Shown: positions 1 through 8,629 of the stretch, piece by piece
Numbering within the stretch: position 1 is the first letter of the stretch
How the letters are laid out: each line of letters starts with the position of its first letter
From: Pirellula staleyi DSM 6068
Lineage (GTDB): Bacteria; Planctomycetota; Planctomycetia; Pirellulales; Pirellulaceae
Length of the DNA stretch: 32,000 nucleotides
Reading direction: 5' to 3'
NCBI GenBank assembly: GCA_000025185.1
Contig: CP001848.1
Coordinates: 5,700,001-5,732,000 of the forward strand
The notes under the pieces: generated by a model
What the model saw: only the letters and a program-made list of their open reading frames with translations
What the model was told of the DNA's origin: nothing
Databases searched by the model: none
Position numbers and translations under genes: made by a program

Positions 1-27
1 CAGGAGGATCGAGGTGAGCCACTTCAT
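1..27 (-). CDS. 5' end of an unidentified gene running off the window (MKWLTSILL...)
   Basis: ATG at 27..25 on the minus strand, preceded by GGAGG (plus-strand cctcc 33..37) with a 5-nt spacer. The N-terminus is hydrophobic. Same orientation as the upstream gene. Only 9 codons are visible. Confidence 0.3.
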
Positions 28-110
28 GGAAGCCTCCGGGAGAGAGTTGCGGCAGGTTGGGCGCTGCTGACGAATCGTGCTGCGGCGCGGCGGGAGGAAA
101 CTGGGGCGGA

Positions 111-151
111 GACGAAAACAGCCGCACCGAGATGATTTCGGCAGCGGCTGT
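111..151 (-). terminator. Putative intrinsic terminator downstream of the TPR/DPF-repeat gene
   Basis: 8-bp outer stem ACAGCCGC/GCGGCTGT (118..125 with 144..151) plus inner stem CCGA/TCGG. On the minus strand it is followed by TTTTCGTC. The U-tract is only 4 nt. Confidence 0.4.
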
Positions 152-215
152 CGCTCGTTAGTCGGCGAGTGCGAAGAGGGGAAATCGCACGCGCCTCATA
201 AGGTCGTCGTGAACG

Positions 216-2255
216 CTATTCAGCAAACGGATCGTCGCTCGGCGCTGGGGCTGGCGCAGGTGCCGGAGCAGCTGGCGCGGCTGGAGCAGCAGGTTCCTCA
301 GCGAACGGATCATCGCTCGGAGCAGCGGGAGCTGGGGCCGGTGCGGGAGCCGCTGGTGCTTCTGGAGCATCGTCAGCAAACGGATCATCGCTTGGTGCTG
401 GGGCTGGAGCAGGTGCCGGAGCAGCAGGCGCGGCTGGAGCAGCGGGCTCCTCGGCGAACGGATCATCGCTCGGAGCAGCGGGAGCTGGGGCTGCAGGTGC
501 AGGAGCGGCGGGTGCTGCGGGTGCTGCTGGTTCTTCAGCGAACGGATCTTCCGAAGGTGCTGGAGCCGGTGCCGGTGCTGGTGCTGCAGGCGCTGGAGCG
601 GCTGGTGCCGCTGGTTCCTCGCCAAAGGGATCATCGCTCGGTGCAGGAGCTGGTGCTGGCGCAGGAGCTGCAGGCTTCACAGGAGCAGCGGGAACTGCTG
701 GTTCATCACCGAAGGGATCGTCACCAGCGGGAGCTGGTGCAGGTGCTGGCATCGGAGCAGGAGCTGCGGGGGCAGCAGGCTCTTCACCAAACGGATCGGC
801 ACTGGGTGCAGGAGCAGCTGGCTTTTCTTCGGCTGGCATCTCAGCAGCAGGTGCTGCGGGGGCTGGAGCTGCCGGTTCAGCGCCAAACGGATCATCGCTC
901 GGTGCTGGGGCAGCTGGTGCGGCTGGCTTCACAGGAGCAGCGGGGGCTGCTGGTTCATCACCAAAGGGATCGTCACCAGCGGGAGCTGGGGCAGGTGCTG
1001 GCATCGGAGCAGGAGCTGCGGGGGCAGCGGGCTCTTCACCAAACGGATCGGCACTGGGTGCTGGGGCAGCTGGCTTCTCTTCGGCTGGCATCTCAGCAGC
1101 GGGTGCTGCGGGGGCTGGAGCCGCTGGCTCGGCGCCAAACGGATCATCGCTCGGTGCTGGGGCAGCTGGTGCGGCTGGCTTCACAGGAGCAGCGGGGGCT
1201 GCTGGTTCTTCGCCGAAGGGATCAGCAGCGCCTGGTGCAGGTGCTGGCATCGGAGCTGGGGCGGTTGGCTCGGCACCGAAAGGATCGTCACCAGCAGGTG
1301 CAGGAGCAGCTGGCTTCTCTTCGGCTGGCATCTCAGCAGCAGGTGCTGCGGGGGCTGGAGCTGCTGGCTCAGCGCCAAAGGGATCCTCAGCGGCGGGTGC
1401 CGGTGGAGCTGGCATCGGGGCTGGTGCAGGAGCAGCGGGGTCAGCACCAAACGGATCTTCACCAGCAGGCGCTGGCATCGGAGCCGGTGGAGGCGATGCT
1501 GGGTCGGCTGGCATTGGGGCTGGAGTGCCAAACGGATCTTCACCAGCAGGCGCTGGCATCGGAGCCGGTGGAGGTGTTGCTGAGTCGGCTGGCATTGGGG
1601 CTGGAGTGCCAAACGGATCTTCACCAGCAGGCGCTGGCATCGGGGCCGGTGGAGGCGTTGCTGGGTCGGCTGGCATTGGCAGCGGAGCAGCTTCGCCCGA
1701 CTCAGGCAACGTGGCAGGAGCCTCGGCACCACCAAACGGATCGCTTGGGTCGGCCTTCGGCGTCACACCTGGAACTGCTGGAGCCGTGCGCGTCGGGTCG
1801 CGAAGCACTTCGTCTTCAGCACGTTTGGTCTCTTCGTAACGAGCTTTGTCGCGCGTCGTTTCTTGGTTGTAAACACTCAGGCGGGCCGAGCGGCGGGCCC
1901 CTTCAATCGCCATCCGATCGCCACCTTGGATGCGTTCCAAGCTGCGACCAATCGGAATCGGCAATCCACCCACGACTTCGAGTTCGGCACCCGTTTTGAA
2001 GTCGGCCTTGGCTTCATCAGGTCGGCCTGTCTTCGAGAAGACAAGGCCTCGGTAGTAATAGACCCGCGGATCGCGGCTACCACCACTAATCGCTTCCGAG
2101 AGCAACTGGTGAGCATCGGCGTAATCATGAGCAAAATAGGCGTGAACGCCTCGCCCATAGAGTTCGTCGAGCAGCGTGTCTTGCGACCATGCCGCAGGGG
2201 CACAGCACGTGAAGATCACCGCTAAACACACAGCGCTAAGTGCGCGTCCAGCCAT
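216..2255 (-). CDS. Secreted TPR-like protein with a long Pro/Ala-rich tail carrying 19 DPF(G/A) motifs
   Basis: ORF 216..2309. I prefer the internal Met at 2255, which gives a signal peptide (MAGRALSAVCLAVIFTCCAPAAWSQ) and has GGAG about 10 nt upstream. The helical TPR-like head includes YYYRGLVFSKTGRPDEAKADF. A tail of about 510 aa repeats ...PSDDPFGEEPAAPAAPAP... and ends in DDPFAE-stop. Confidence 0.8.
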   Translation of the reverse strand: MAGRALSAVCLAVIFTCCAPAAWSQDTLLDELYGRGVHAYFAHDYADAHQLLSEAISGGSRDPRVYYYRGLVFSKTGRPDEAKADFKTGAELEVVGGLPIPIGRSLERIQGGDRMAIEGARRSARLSVYNQETTRDKARYEETKRAEDEVLRDPTRTAPAVPGVTPKADPSDPFGGAEAPATLPESGEAAPLPMPADPATPPPAPMPAPAGEDPFGTPAPMPADSATPPPAPMPAPAGEDPFGTPAPMPADPASPPPAPMPAPAGEDPFGADPAAPAPAPMPAPPAPAAEDPFGAEPAAPAPAAPAAEMPAEEKPAAPAPAGDDPFGAEPTAPAPMPAPAPGAADPFGEEPAAPAAPVKPAAPAAPAPSDDPFGAEPAAPAPAAPAAEMPAEEKPAAPAPSADPFGEEPAAPAAPAPMPAPAPAPAGDDPFGDEPAAPAAPVKPAAPAAPAPSDDPFGAEPAAPAPAAPAAEMPAEEKPAAPAPSADPFGEEPAAPAAPAPMPAPAPAPAGDDPFGDEPAVPAAPVKPAAPAPAPAPAPSDDPFGEEPAAPAAPAPAAPAPAPAPAPSEDPFAEEPAAPAAPAAPAPAAPAPAAPSDDPFAEEPAAPAAPAAPAPAPAPAPSDDPFADDAPEAPAAPAPAPAPAAPSDDPFAEEPAAPAAPAAPAPAPAPAPSDDPFAE
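619..1371. repeat. Three tandem units of about 261/252/240 bp inside the DPF-tail coding region
   Basis: The unit start 'gcgccaaacggatcatcgctcgg' recurs at 880 and 1132 (period 252). Related unit starts lie near 619 and 1372. Shadow ORFs 677..895 and 929..1147 are exactly 252 bp apart. Confidence 0.85.
1447..1689. repeat. Three tandem 81-bp units (27 aa each) inside the DPF-tail coding region
   Basis: 'ccaaacggatcttcaccagcaggcgctggcatcgg' begins at 1447, 1528 and 1609. The units differ at only a few positions. Confidence 0.9.
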
Positions 2256-2728
2256 AAACAGAAGCTCCGAAAACAGGTCGAAAAGATGGATCGAAAGCCC
2301 GAAAACCACTGACTCATCCGCGGGCCAATCGCGCGTCCATGCCTGCCTCGCAGCGCTCGTCTTGTCATGAAGCAGAGACCGGTTCGTACATGCCGAAACA
2401 GCCGCCAGACAATCGCGCTCGTCGATGAGAAGTCGCCACCAGCATCATCCCCGCTGGCACGAAACCGAACTTGCCCCACGCGCATCAATAGCAACGCCCT
2501 GGCATTTCCGGTCAGGCGTTATCCTAGTTCCCCGCTGTCGCCGCCGCAAGCAAATCTGCGTGTTAGGCAAGTTAGGTGTGGAGCTTCTCCCCGTCTCCAT
2601 ACAGCAATCAACCTGCACACCCCTCAAAAGAAGTGTGCAAGCGAGCATTCTGCGGACACGATACGCAACTCTCCTGGGTGAATTCCAAAAGGAACTCACC
2701 CCCCACCAATTAAACAGGAACCGCGCGC

Positions 2729-2768
2729 AGCAAAAAGCCCTTGTGCTTTTTGGGAACTCAAGGGCTTT
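2729..2768 (-). terminator. Intrinsic terminator after the DUF1080 gene
   Basis: On the minus strand: AAAGCCCTTG, a 15-nt loop, then CAAGGGCTTT followed by TTGCTG. The 10-bp stem pairs 2734..2743 with 2759..2768. It lies 53 nt after the stop at 2821. Confidence 0.55.
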
Positions 2769-2820
2769 AAATCTTCCGAATGAAACGAGCGAGCAGGTCA
2801 GCTCTCCGGCGAACGCGAAC

Positions 2821-3429
2821 CTAGTCCAGACGCTTCACGCGGATGTTGCGATACTTCACGGTGCTGCCAGGATCGTGAGCCTGCAGCGCGAAGGTTCCTT
2901 CGCTGATGTGCATCGGGCCAGCCTTGTCGGCTGCTTCTTCATACTCGTTGGCAACCTTGCCATTGATCGTCACCGTCACCTTGCGATCCACCACCTTGAT
3001 GTTGTAGGTGAACCATTCGTTGTCCTTCGCTGGTGCTTCGAGCACATCCTTGGCGCGATAAACACTGGCGGTCTTGCGCGGGTCGCGCTCGAAGGTGTTG
3101 TTCACCTGGCACTCGTGACCCTGCTGTGGCCAACCTTCTTCCTGCACCTTCGTGTGGAAGAAAATGCCGCCGTTGCTGTTCTCGAGCGTCATCACTTCGC
3201 ATTCGAACTCAAAATTCTTGAACGGCTTGTCGTCACCCACGTAAAACGCGTGCGAACGATTCCCCTTGGCGACAATCGCCCCATCCACCACCTTGATGCT
3301 CTCTTTGTTCTCGGTAACCTTCCAGCCATCGAGGGTCTTGCCGTCGAAGATGGTTTTGAAATCTTCGGCCACCGCCACACCACTCAGCATCAAACTGCAA
3401 ACAAGCGACCAGGCCAAGCTGCGATACAT
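2821..3429 (-). CDS. DUF1080 (3-keto-disaccharide hydrolase-like, concanavalin-type) secreted protein
   Basis: ORF 2821..3552, with the start moved to the Met at 3429 so that a signal peptide (MYRSLAWSLVCSLMLSGVAVA) leads. The sequence 'EDFKTIFDGKTLDGWK' ... 'GGIFFH' ... 'ALQAHDPGSTVKYRNIRVKRL' is the typical DUF1080 pattern. Confidence 0.8.
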   Translation of the reverse strand: MYRSLAWSLVCSLMLSGVAVAEDFKTIFDGKTLDGWKVTENKESIKVVDGAIVAKGNRSHAFYVGDDKPFKNFEFECEVMTLENSNGGIFFHTKVQEEGWPQQGHECQVNNTFERDPRKTASVYRAKDVLEAPAKDNEWFTYNIKVVDRKVTVTINGKVANEYEEAADKAGPMHISEGTFALQAHDPGSTVKYRNIRVKRLD

Positions 3430-3642
3430 CGTTGGTAAACTCCCAAGGAAGAGGAAAACTGCGATTGCGTGGAGCGATCCCCACGCGCAGATGGAAATGT
3501 TCGGCAAACACATCTTGCGGCAGAACTGCTGTAGTGTGATCAGTCGCCGCACCTAAGGCAATTGCCCCGCCCGTACGCTGCTCTCATGCGTAGACGCAGC
3601 GTCTATCTCGCGCAAGCGCCGCCTGCAAATTGGCTGAATCCC

Positions 3643-4350
3643 TTAGTCGAACCGATATTCTCCCACCACCGGCTCGTCTACGATTCCGAGGTGATCTTCC
3701 AGTTTCTGCTCGAGAAACAGGGCAAAGTCTTCATCTTCGAGCGCCGTGAGGAGCTTGATCTTCTCTTCGTTTTTCATCAGCACGTGCAGTTCGAACGAGC
3801 TTTGCCGCGACTTCCGCGAGCCCCGGTTCTCGACGCAGTAGAACTGCTCAATATCAATCACTTGCAGCACGCGACTGCCCGGCCATGGCAGCGGGCCATG
3901 CCGCAACTCAAGCTGCCCCAGGGCGACGACGATGCTCGTCCGATTCACAAACGTGCTGATCACAAAATAGGTCAGGCCGACACCAATAGCGACATGGATG
4001 ACGGGGAACAGCAGCATCACGATGGCCCCGAAATCGCCCCCTTTGGCCCACAACTGGGCCAGGCCGATGCCATACCACATCACCAGAAAGCCGTCCCAGA
4101 AAATACAGAACAGCAGCAAGAACCAGACCGTGTGGGTGAACCACTTCCAGCGAATCGCCAGTTCAGAACCGGTGTCGACAATTTCGAGCCGCTTCGGGGG
4201 CTTTGCCTCTGGTTTGCGTCGACGCTTAGCAGCGATCGTCTCCGAGAAATTGAACACGGCATTGCAAGCCCGGCACTTGGCAATCGCCAGTTCGATGTTG
4301 ACATCCTCGGCCAAGATCATTTTTTCGCACGACTGACAATACAGCTGCAT
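3643..4350 (-). CDS. Hypothetical membrane protein: N-terminal 4-Cys zinc ribbon, 3 predicted TM helices and an acidic C-terminal domain
   Basis: ORF 3643..4395. The likely start is MQLYCQSC at 4350. The sequence has CxxC...CxxC (CQSC...CRAC), a basic linker KRRRKPEAKPPKR, and the hydrophobic segments WFLLLFCIFWDGFLVMWYGIGL and AIVMLLFPVIHVAIGVGLTYFVI. I do not recognise the family. Confidence 0.6.
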   Translation of the reverse strand: MQLYCQSCEKMILAEDVNIELAIAKCRACNAVFNFSETIAAKRRRKPEAKPPKRLEIVDTGSELAIRWKWFTHTVWFLLLFCIFWDGFLVMWYGIGLAQLWAKGGDFGAIVMLLFPVIHVAIGVGLTYFVISTFVNRTSIVVALGQLELRHGPLPWPGSRVLQVIDIEQFYCVENRGSRKSRQSSFELHVLMKNEEKIKLLTALEDEDFALFLEQKLEDHLGIVDEPVVGEYRFD

Positions 4351-4628
4351 CGCTCGTCTGTCCCCTTTCGGACTCTCTGGTAGCCACCTTGCCAACTAAC
4401 CGGGCGGAAAACGAAGCCAGTTTCTCGATCCAGCGGCAGGTGAACCTTACTTCGAAATCCAGCCTCCTGTCCCTAGCTCAGCCGCAAGTCCGGCAGCAGA
4501 GAAACCAGAACCTAGCTGCCCAAACCACCCGAGCAGACAATTAGCCGGCATCCGTAACTCACTGACAGCATAAGACTTACAGCCTACAGTTCACAGCCAA
4601 GTGCTCAGACCCGTCTCCGAGAGCACGC

Positions 4629-4657
4629 TTGACCCACTGTGCCGAGCAAAGTAAGTT
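4629..4657 (+). promoter_or_regulatory. Sigma70-like promoter for the leuA leader
   Basis: TTGACC (4629..4634), a 17-nt spacer, then TAAGTT (4652..4657). It lies about 30 nt upstream of the leader-peptide ATG. Confidence 0.45.
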
Positions 4658-4686
4658 AGTAGAAGAATTTACGCAAGGAAATCTGC

Positions 4687-4746
4687 ATGTTTTTGGCTCT
4701 ACTTCCACGACTTCGCCTAACCGCCCTTTGCCGGGGTTGGTCGTAG
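4687..4746 (+). CDS. Candidate leucine-rich leader peptide MFLALLPRLRLTALCRGWS (19 aa)
   Basis: AAGGAA (4675..4680) lies 6 nt before the ATG at 4687, and the stop is TAG at 4744..4746. Six of 19 codons are Leu, all TTG/CTA/CTT. A terminator follows, and leuA lies downstream. The ORF is too short for the ORF track. Confidence 0.5.
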   Translation: MFLALLPRLRLTALCRGWS

Positions 4747-4788
4747 GGAATTTGTAGCCGAGAGCCGCTTCAATCGCCTAACACCAAA

Positions 4789-4819
4789 CCCCGGGGCATC
4801 GCTGCCTGCGGGGTTTTTT
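4789..4819 (+). terminator. Intrinsic terminator / attenuator inside the leuA leader
   Basis: The stem pairs 4789..4798 with 4803..4813 (CCCCG/CGGGG, then a one-base bulge, a G-U pair and 4 more bp). The loop is the tetraloop TCGC, followed by T6 (4814..4819). The 5' arm is also complementary to 4729..4741 inside the leader ORF. Confidence 0.6.
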
Positions 4820-4982
4820 AATGCCCACGTGCTGGCAGCAGGCACCGCTCGCAAAACAACAGCCCAGCACACCCACAACGCTTTAACACCACCGCAGTGA
4901 GCCGACGACGTGAGTTCTTTCCATCCCCACATCGATAGCCCGAGGAGCAAAGAGCCGTTGCTTTTGCGACTCCCCCTTCGCG

Positions 4983-5010
4983 TGCCGGCGTGAGGCCGGC
5001 AGTCCTTTTT
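4983..5010 (+). terminator. Second terminator-like hairpin in the leuA leader
   Basis: TGCCGGC, loop GTGAG, GCCGGCA (7-bp stem, 4983..5001), followed by GTCC and TTTTT (5006..5010). It lies 76 nt upstream of the leuA ATG. Confidence 0.4.
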
Positions 5011-5085
5011 CAAGGATTCGCAAGCTGGTTGTTGCTACCGATGTTTGTGAGGCAATGAACGTTAGAACTCAAGGATTTAATTTCC

Positions 5086-6630
<1,545 letters not shown>

Positions 6631-6680
6631 TTTCGCGGCCAATTACCCTTTGTCGCGAAACTCGAAAACAGTCTCTTTCT

Positions 6681-6723
6681 GCCCGTTTCCTGGCGTTATC
6701 GCCGCGAGACGGGCAATTTTTTT
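6681..6723 (+). terminator. Intrinsic terminator of leuA
   Basis: 15-position stem 6681..6695 with 6700..6714 (14 pairs including 2 G-U), loop TTAT, then AA and T7 (6717..6723). Confidence 0.8.
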
Positions 6724-7023
6724 GACTTTTTCTGCCGTCGGCGTGGACTCGCGCTGGTCGGACCTACGGCAACGCGACCGCCTCTGGAGCGGTCAATTGT
6801 GGCCGCTGCGCGGGCCGGTTTCACATTAGCCGCAATGCCATGGCTCGGCGCGAGTGTAACAAGGTCGTAAGTGCGCGCTGAAATGCACGGTTAGCTCTGG
6901 ATAAAAGCCAAATTTCGGCAACATTGGTGCCTAGCGACATCGATAACTACGACTGTTGCCCATTCATTGCTGCTGAGATTTCAGCCAGCCCCTTTTTCCT
7001 TTCTCTCGCTGCAGGGTCTACCA

Positions 7024-7965
7024 ATGCACTTTTCACCTCTTCCCAAGCGGAGACCTGCGTTCACTCTGGTCGAACTGCTGGTTGTCATTGCCATTATCGG
7101 CGTGCTGGTCGCGCTACTGCTGCCAGCCGTTCAAGCTGCTCGCGAGGCGGCTCGTCGAACCCAGTGCACCAATCAGCTGAAGCAAATCGTGCTGGCGATG
7201 CACAACTATTTCGACACCAACGGTCGTCTGCCACCGGGGCGCATGGGGTGCGACTGCTGGACCGCCGATGTTTGCGGCACGCGTCCCGATAGCACGCGCC
7301 CAGGGACCAGTGGATTTGCCATGATCCTGCCGCAACTCGAGCAGCAAACACTGTACGACCAGTTCGGCTGGCAACTCGGCGCGGTCGAACCAGCAACAGG
7401 CTGCGGCGGCACGGCTGACACCAGTGGCTGGAAGACAGCCGCCGTGGCGGCTGCGATGGCGACTCGCCCCAAGGTCTTTGTTTGCCCAAGCGATACGTCG
7501 CAGTCGCAGCGCGGCGGAACCGCCACCGGCTCGTATGCCATGGTGCATGGCTCGGTCGGTCCCAGCCGAGGCACCGATCAGAACATGAAGCACTACAACA
7601 ATGGCTCGTTCATGTACCGAACCGAGATCCGCTTTTCGGACATTCTCGATGGTCTCTCCAACACGATGTTCGTCGGGGAAGTGATCGAGGCGCATACCTC
7701 CCAATCATCGAACCGCTGGATGATCGCTGGTCGTCACGTCGACAGTTTGCGAACGGCTGAAAACCCACTCAACACCAAGCCGGGGCAAGGAATTCTCAAC
7801 ACCGCCACCACTGGTCAAGAGAACGGCGCTTTTGCAAGCCGACATCCCCAGGGTGGCAACTTTGCCTTTGGCGATGGCCGTGTGCAGTTCCTGAATCAGA
7901 ACATTGCCCTGGCCACCTACCGTGGTTTGGCAACTCGTAACGGCAGCGAAACGGTTCAGCCGTAA
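7024..7965 (+). CDS. DUF1559 / H-X9-DG protein with a prepilin-type N-terminal methylation motif
   Basis: The start is moved to the ATG at 7024 ([45 protein letters not shown]). The C-terminal '[12 protein letters not shown]' matches H-X9-DG. This is a typical expanded Planctomycete family. Confidence 0.9.
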   Translation: MHFSPLPKRRPAFTLVELLVVIAIIGVLVALLLPAVQAAREAARRTQCTNQLKQIVLAMHNYFDTNGRLPPGRMGCDCWTADVCGTRPDSTRPGTSGFAMILPQLEQQTLYDQFGWQLGAVEPATGCGGTADTSGWKTAAVAAAMATRPKVFVCPSDTSQSQRGGTATGSYAMVHGSVGPSRGTDQNMKHYNNGSFMYRTEIRFSDILDGLSNTMFVGEVIEAHTSQSSNRWMIAGRHVDSLRTAENPLNTKPGQGILNTATTGQENGAFASRHPQGGNFAFGDGRVQFLNQNIALATYRGLATRNGSETVQP

Positions 7966-8142
7966 GTTCGCGCGACGATCGATTCGCCGCGTTCTAGAAG
8001 TGTTCTATTGTTCTGAGGCAGCTGGCATCGCGCGGCAAGCTGCCCGTGGCAGGTTCATTTCTGCAAGCGCGTTCGATCTTCTTCGCTTGGCTGCTCGATT
8101 TGACTTCTCCACTTCATTGCTGGCGTCGCTAAACATCCCCCT

Positions 8143-8601
8143 ATGTCACGCTACATCGCTACTCTTGTTCTGCTTCCACTCATGCTCGCGATCATCGCTG
8201 CGGTAGGCTGCGGCGACAGCGCCAAGCGTTATCCGGTAAAAGGAATCGTGCTGATCGACGGACAGCCTTTGACGCAGGGCTATATCACCGTCGCGCCGAG
8301 CAACGATCGTCCAGCGATTGGAAAAATCAACTCCGATGGCACCTTCTCCCTCACCACCGAGAAACCCAACGACGGCTGTGCCCCGGGGACTCATCCGGTG
8401 GAAATCACTGCGAGCGAATCACTGAACAATGGCACCGCGATTCGCTGGCTCGTGCCACCGAAGTATCAGAACATGAGTACTTCGGAGCTGAAAATCACCG
8501 TCGATGGCCCCCAAGACAATCTGAAGATCGAGCTCACTTGGGCCGGTGGTCAGCCGTACGTCGAGACCACTGTTGGCGGCGGCGATCAGATCCCCGAGTA
8601 G
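8143..8601 (+). CDS. Small lipoprotein with a carboxypeptidase-regulatory-like beta-sandwich, the usual partner of DUF1559 genes
   Basis: Signal peptide with lipobox (LAIIAAVGC). 'VKGIVLIDGQPLTQGYITV' ... 'DGTFSL' is the CarboxypepD_reg-like pattern. Confidence 0.7.
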   Translation: MSRYIATLVLLPLMLAIIAAVGCGDSAKRYPVKGIVLIDGQPLTQGYITVAPSNDRPAIGKINSDGTFSLTTEKPNDGCAPGTHPVEITASESLNNGTAIRWLVPPKYQNMSTSELKITVDGPQDNLKIELTWAGGQPYVETTVGGGDQIPE

Positions 8602-8629
8602 CAGCGCGACGACTTACTCGCTCGAGCAA

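Noticed and set aside
14-70. Plus-strand mini-ORF GTG..TGA (VSHFMEASGRELRQVGRC) behind AGGAGG at 2..7
   Set aside because: It is very short, sits at the window edge and has no supporting context. The AGGAGG may be coincidental. The minus-strand gene start at 27 fits the local gene orientation better, and even that is low confidence.
77-1999. 640-aa plus-strand ORF (QTDHRS.. / LVLGLEQV.. repeats), plus the small ORFs 158..634, 677..895, 929..1147, 1181..1735 and 1525..1839
   Set aside because: These are alternative-frame or antisense readings of the GC-rich tandem repeats of the minus-strand gene 216..2255. They have no signal peptide, no start context and an Arg/Gln/Leu composition typical of antisense frames. 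The minus-strand product has a coherent signal peptide plus TPR head.
2367-3438. Plus-strand ORFs 2367..2681 and 2425..3438
   Set aside because: 2425..3438 is largely antisense to the DUF1080 gene. 2367..2681 is Arg/Pro/Ser-rich with no start context. The region is better explained as the intergenic or promoter region of the TPR/DPF gene.
4441-4470. tRNA T-arm-like string 'cttcgaaatcc'
   Set aside because: The flanking bases do not form a T-stem, and no acceptor, D or anticodon arms could be built. No tRNA is present.
4820-5010. T-box or riboswitch in the second half of the leuA leader
   Set aside because: The conserved T-box sequence (AGGGUGGNACCGCG-like) is absent, and I recognised no riboswitch core. 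This was checked by eye only, so a covariance-model scan is still advisable.
4717-5013. 98-aa minus-strand ORF inside the leuA leader
   Set aside because: It has no SD sequence and an Arg/Gly/Trp-rich composition. It spans both plus-strand terminator hairpins, so the structured-leader interpretation explains the region better.
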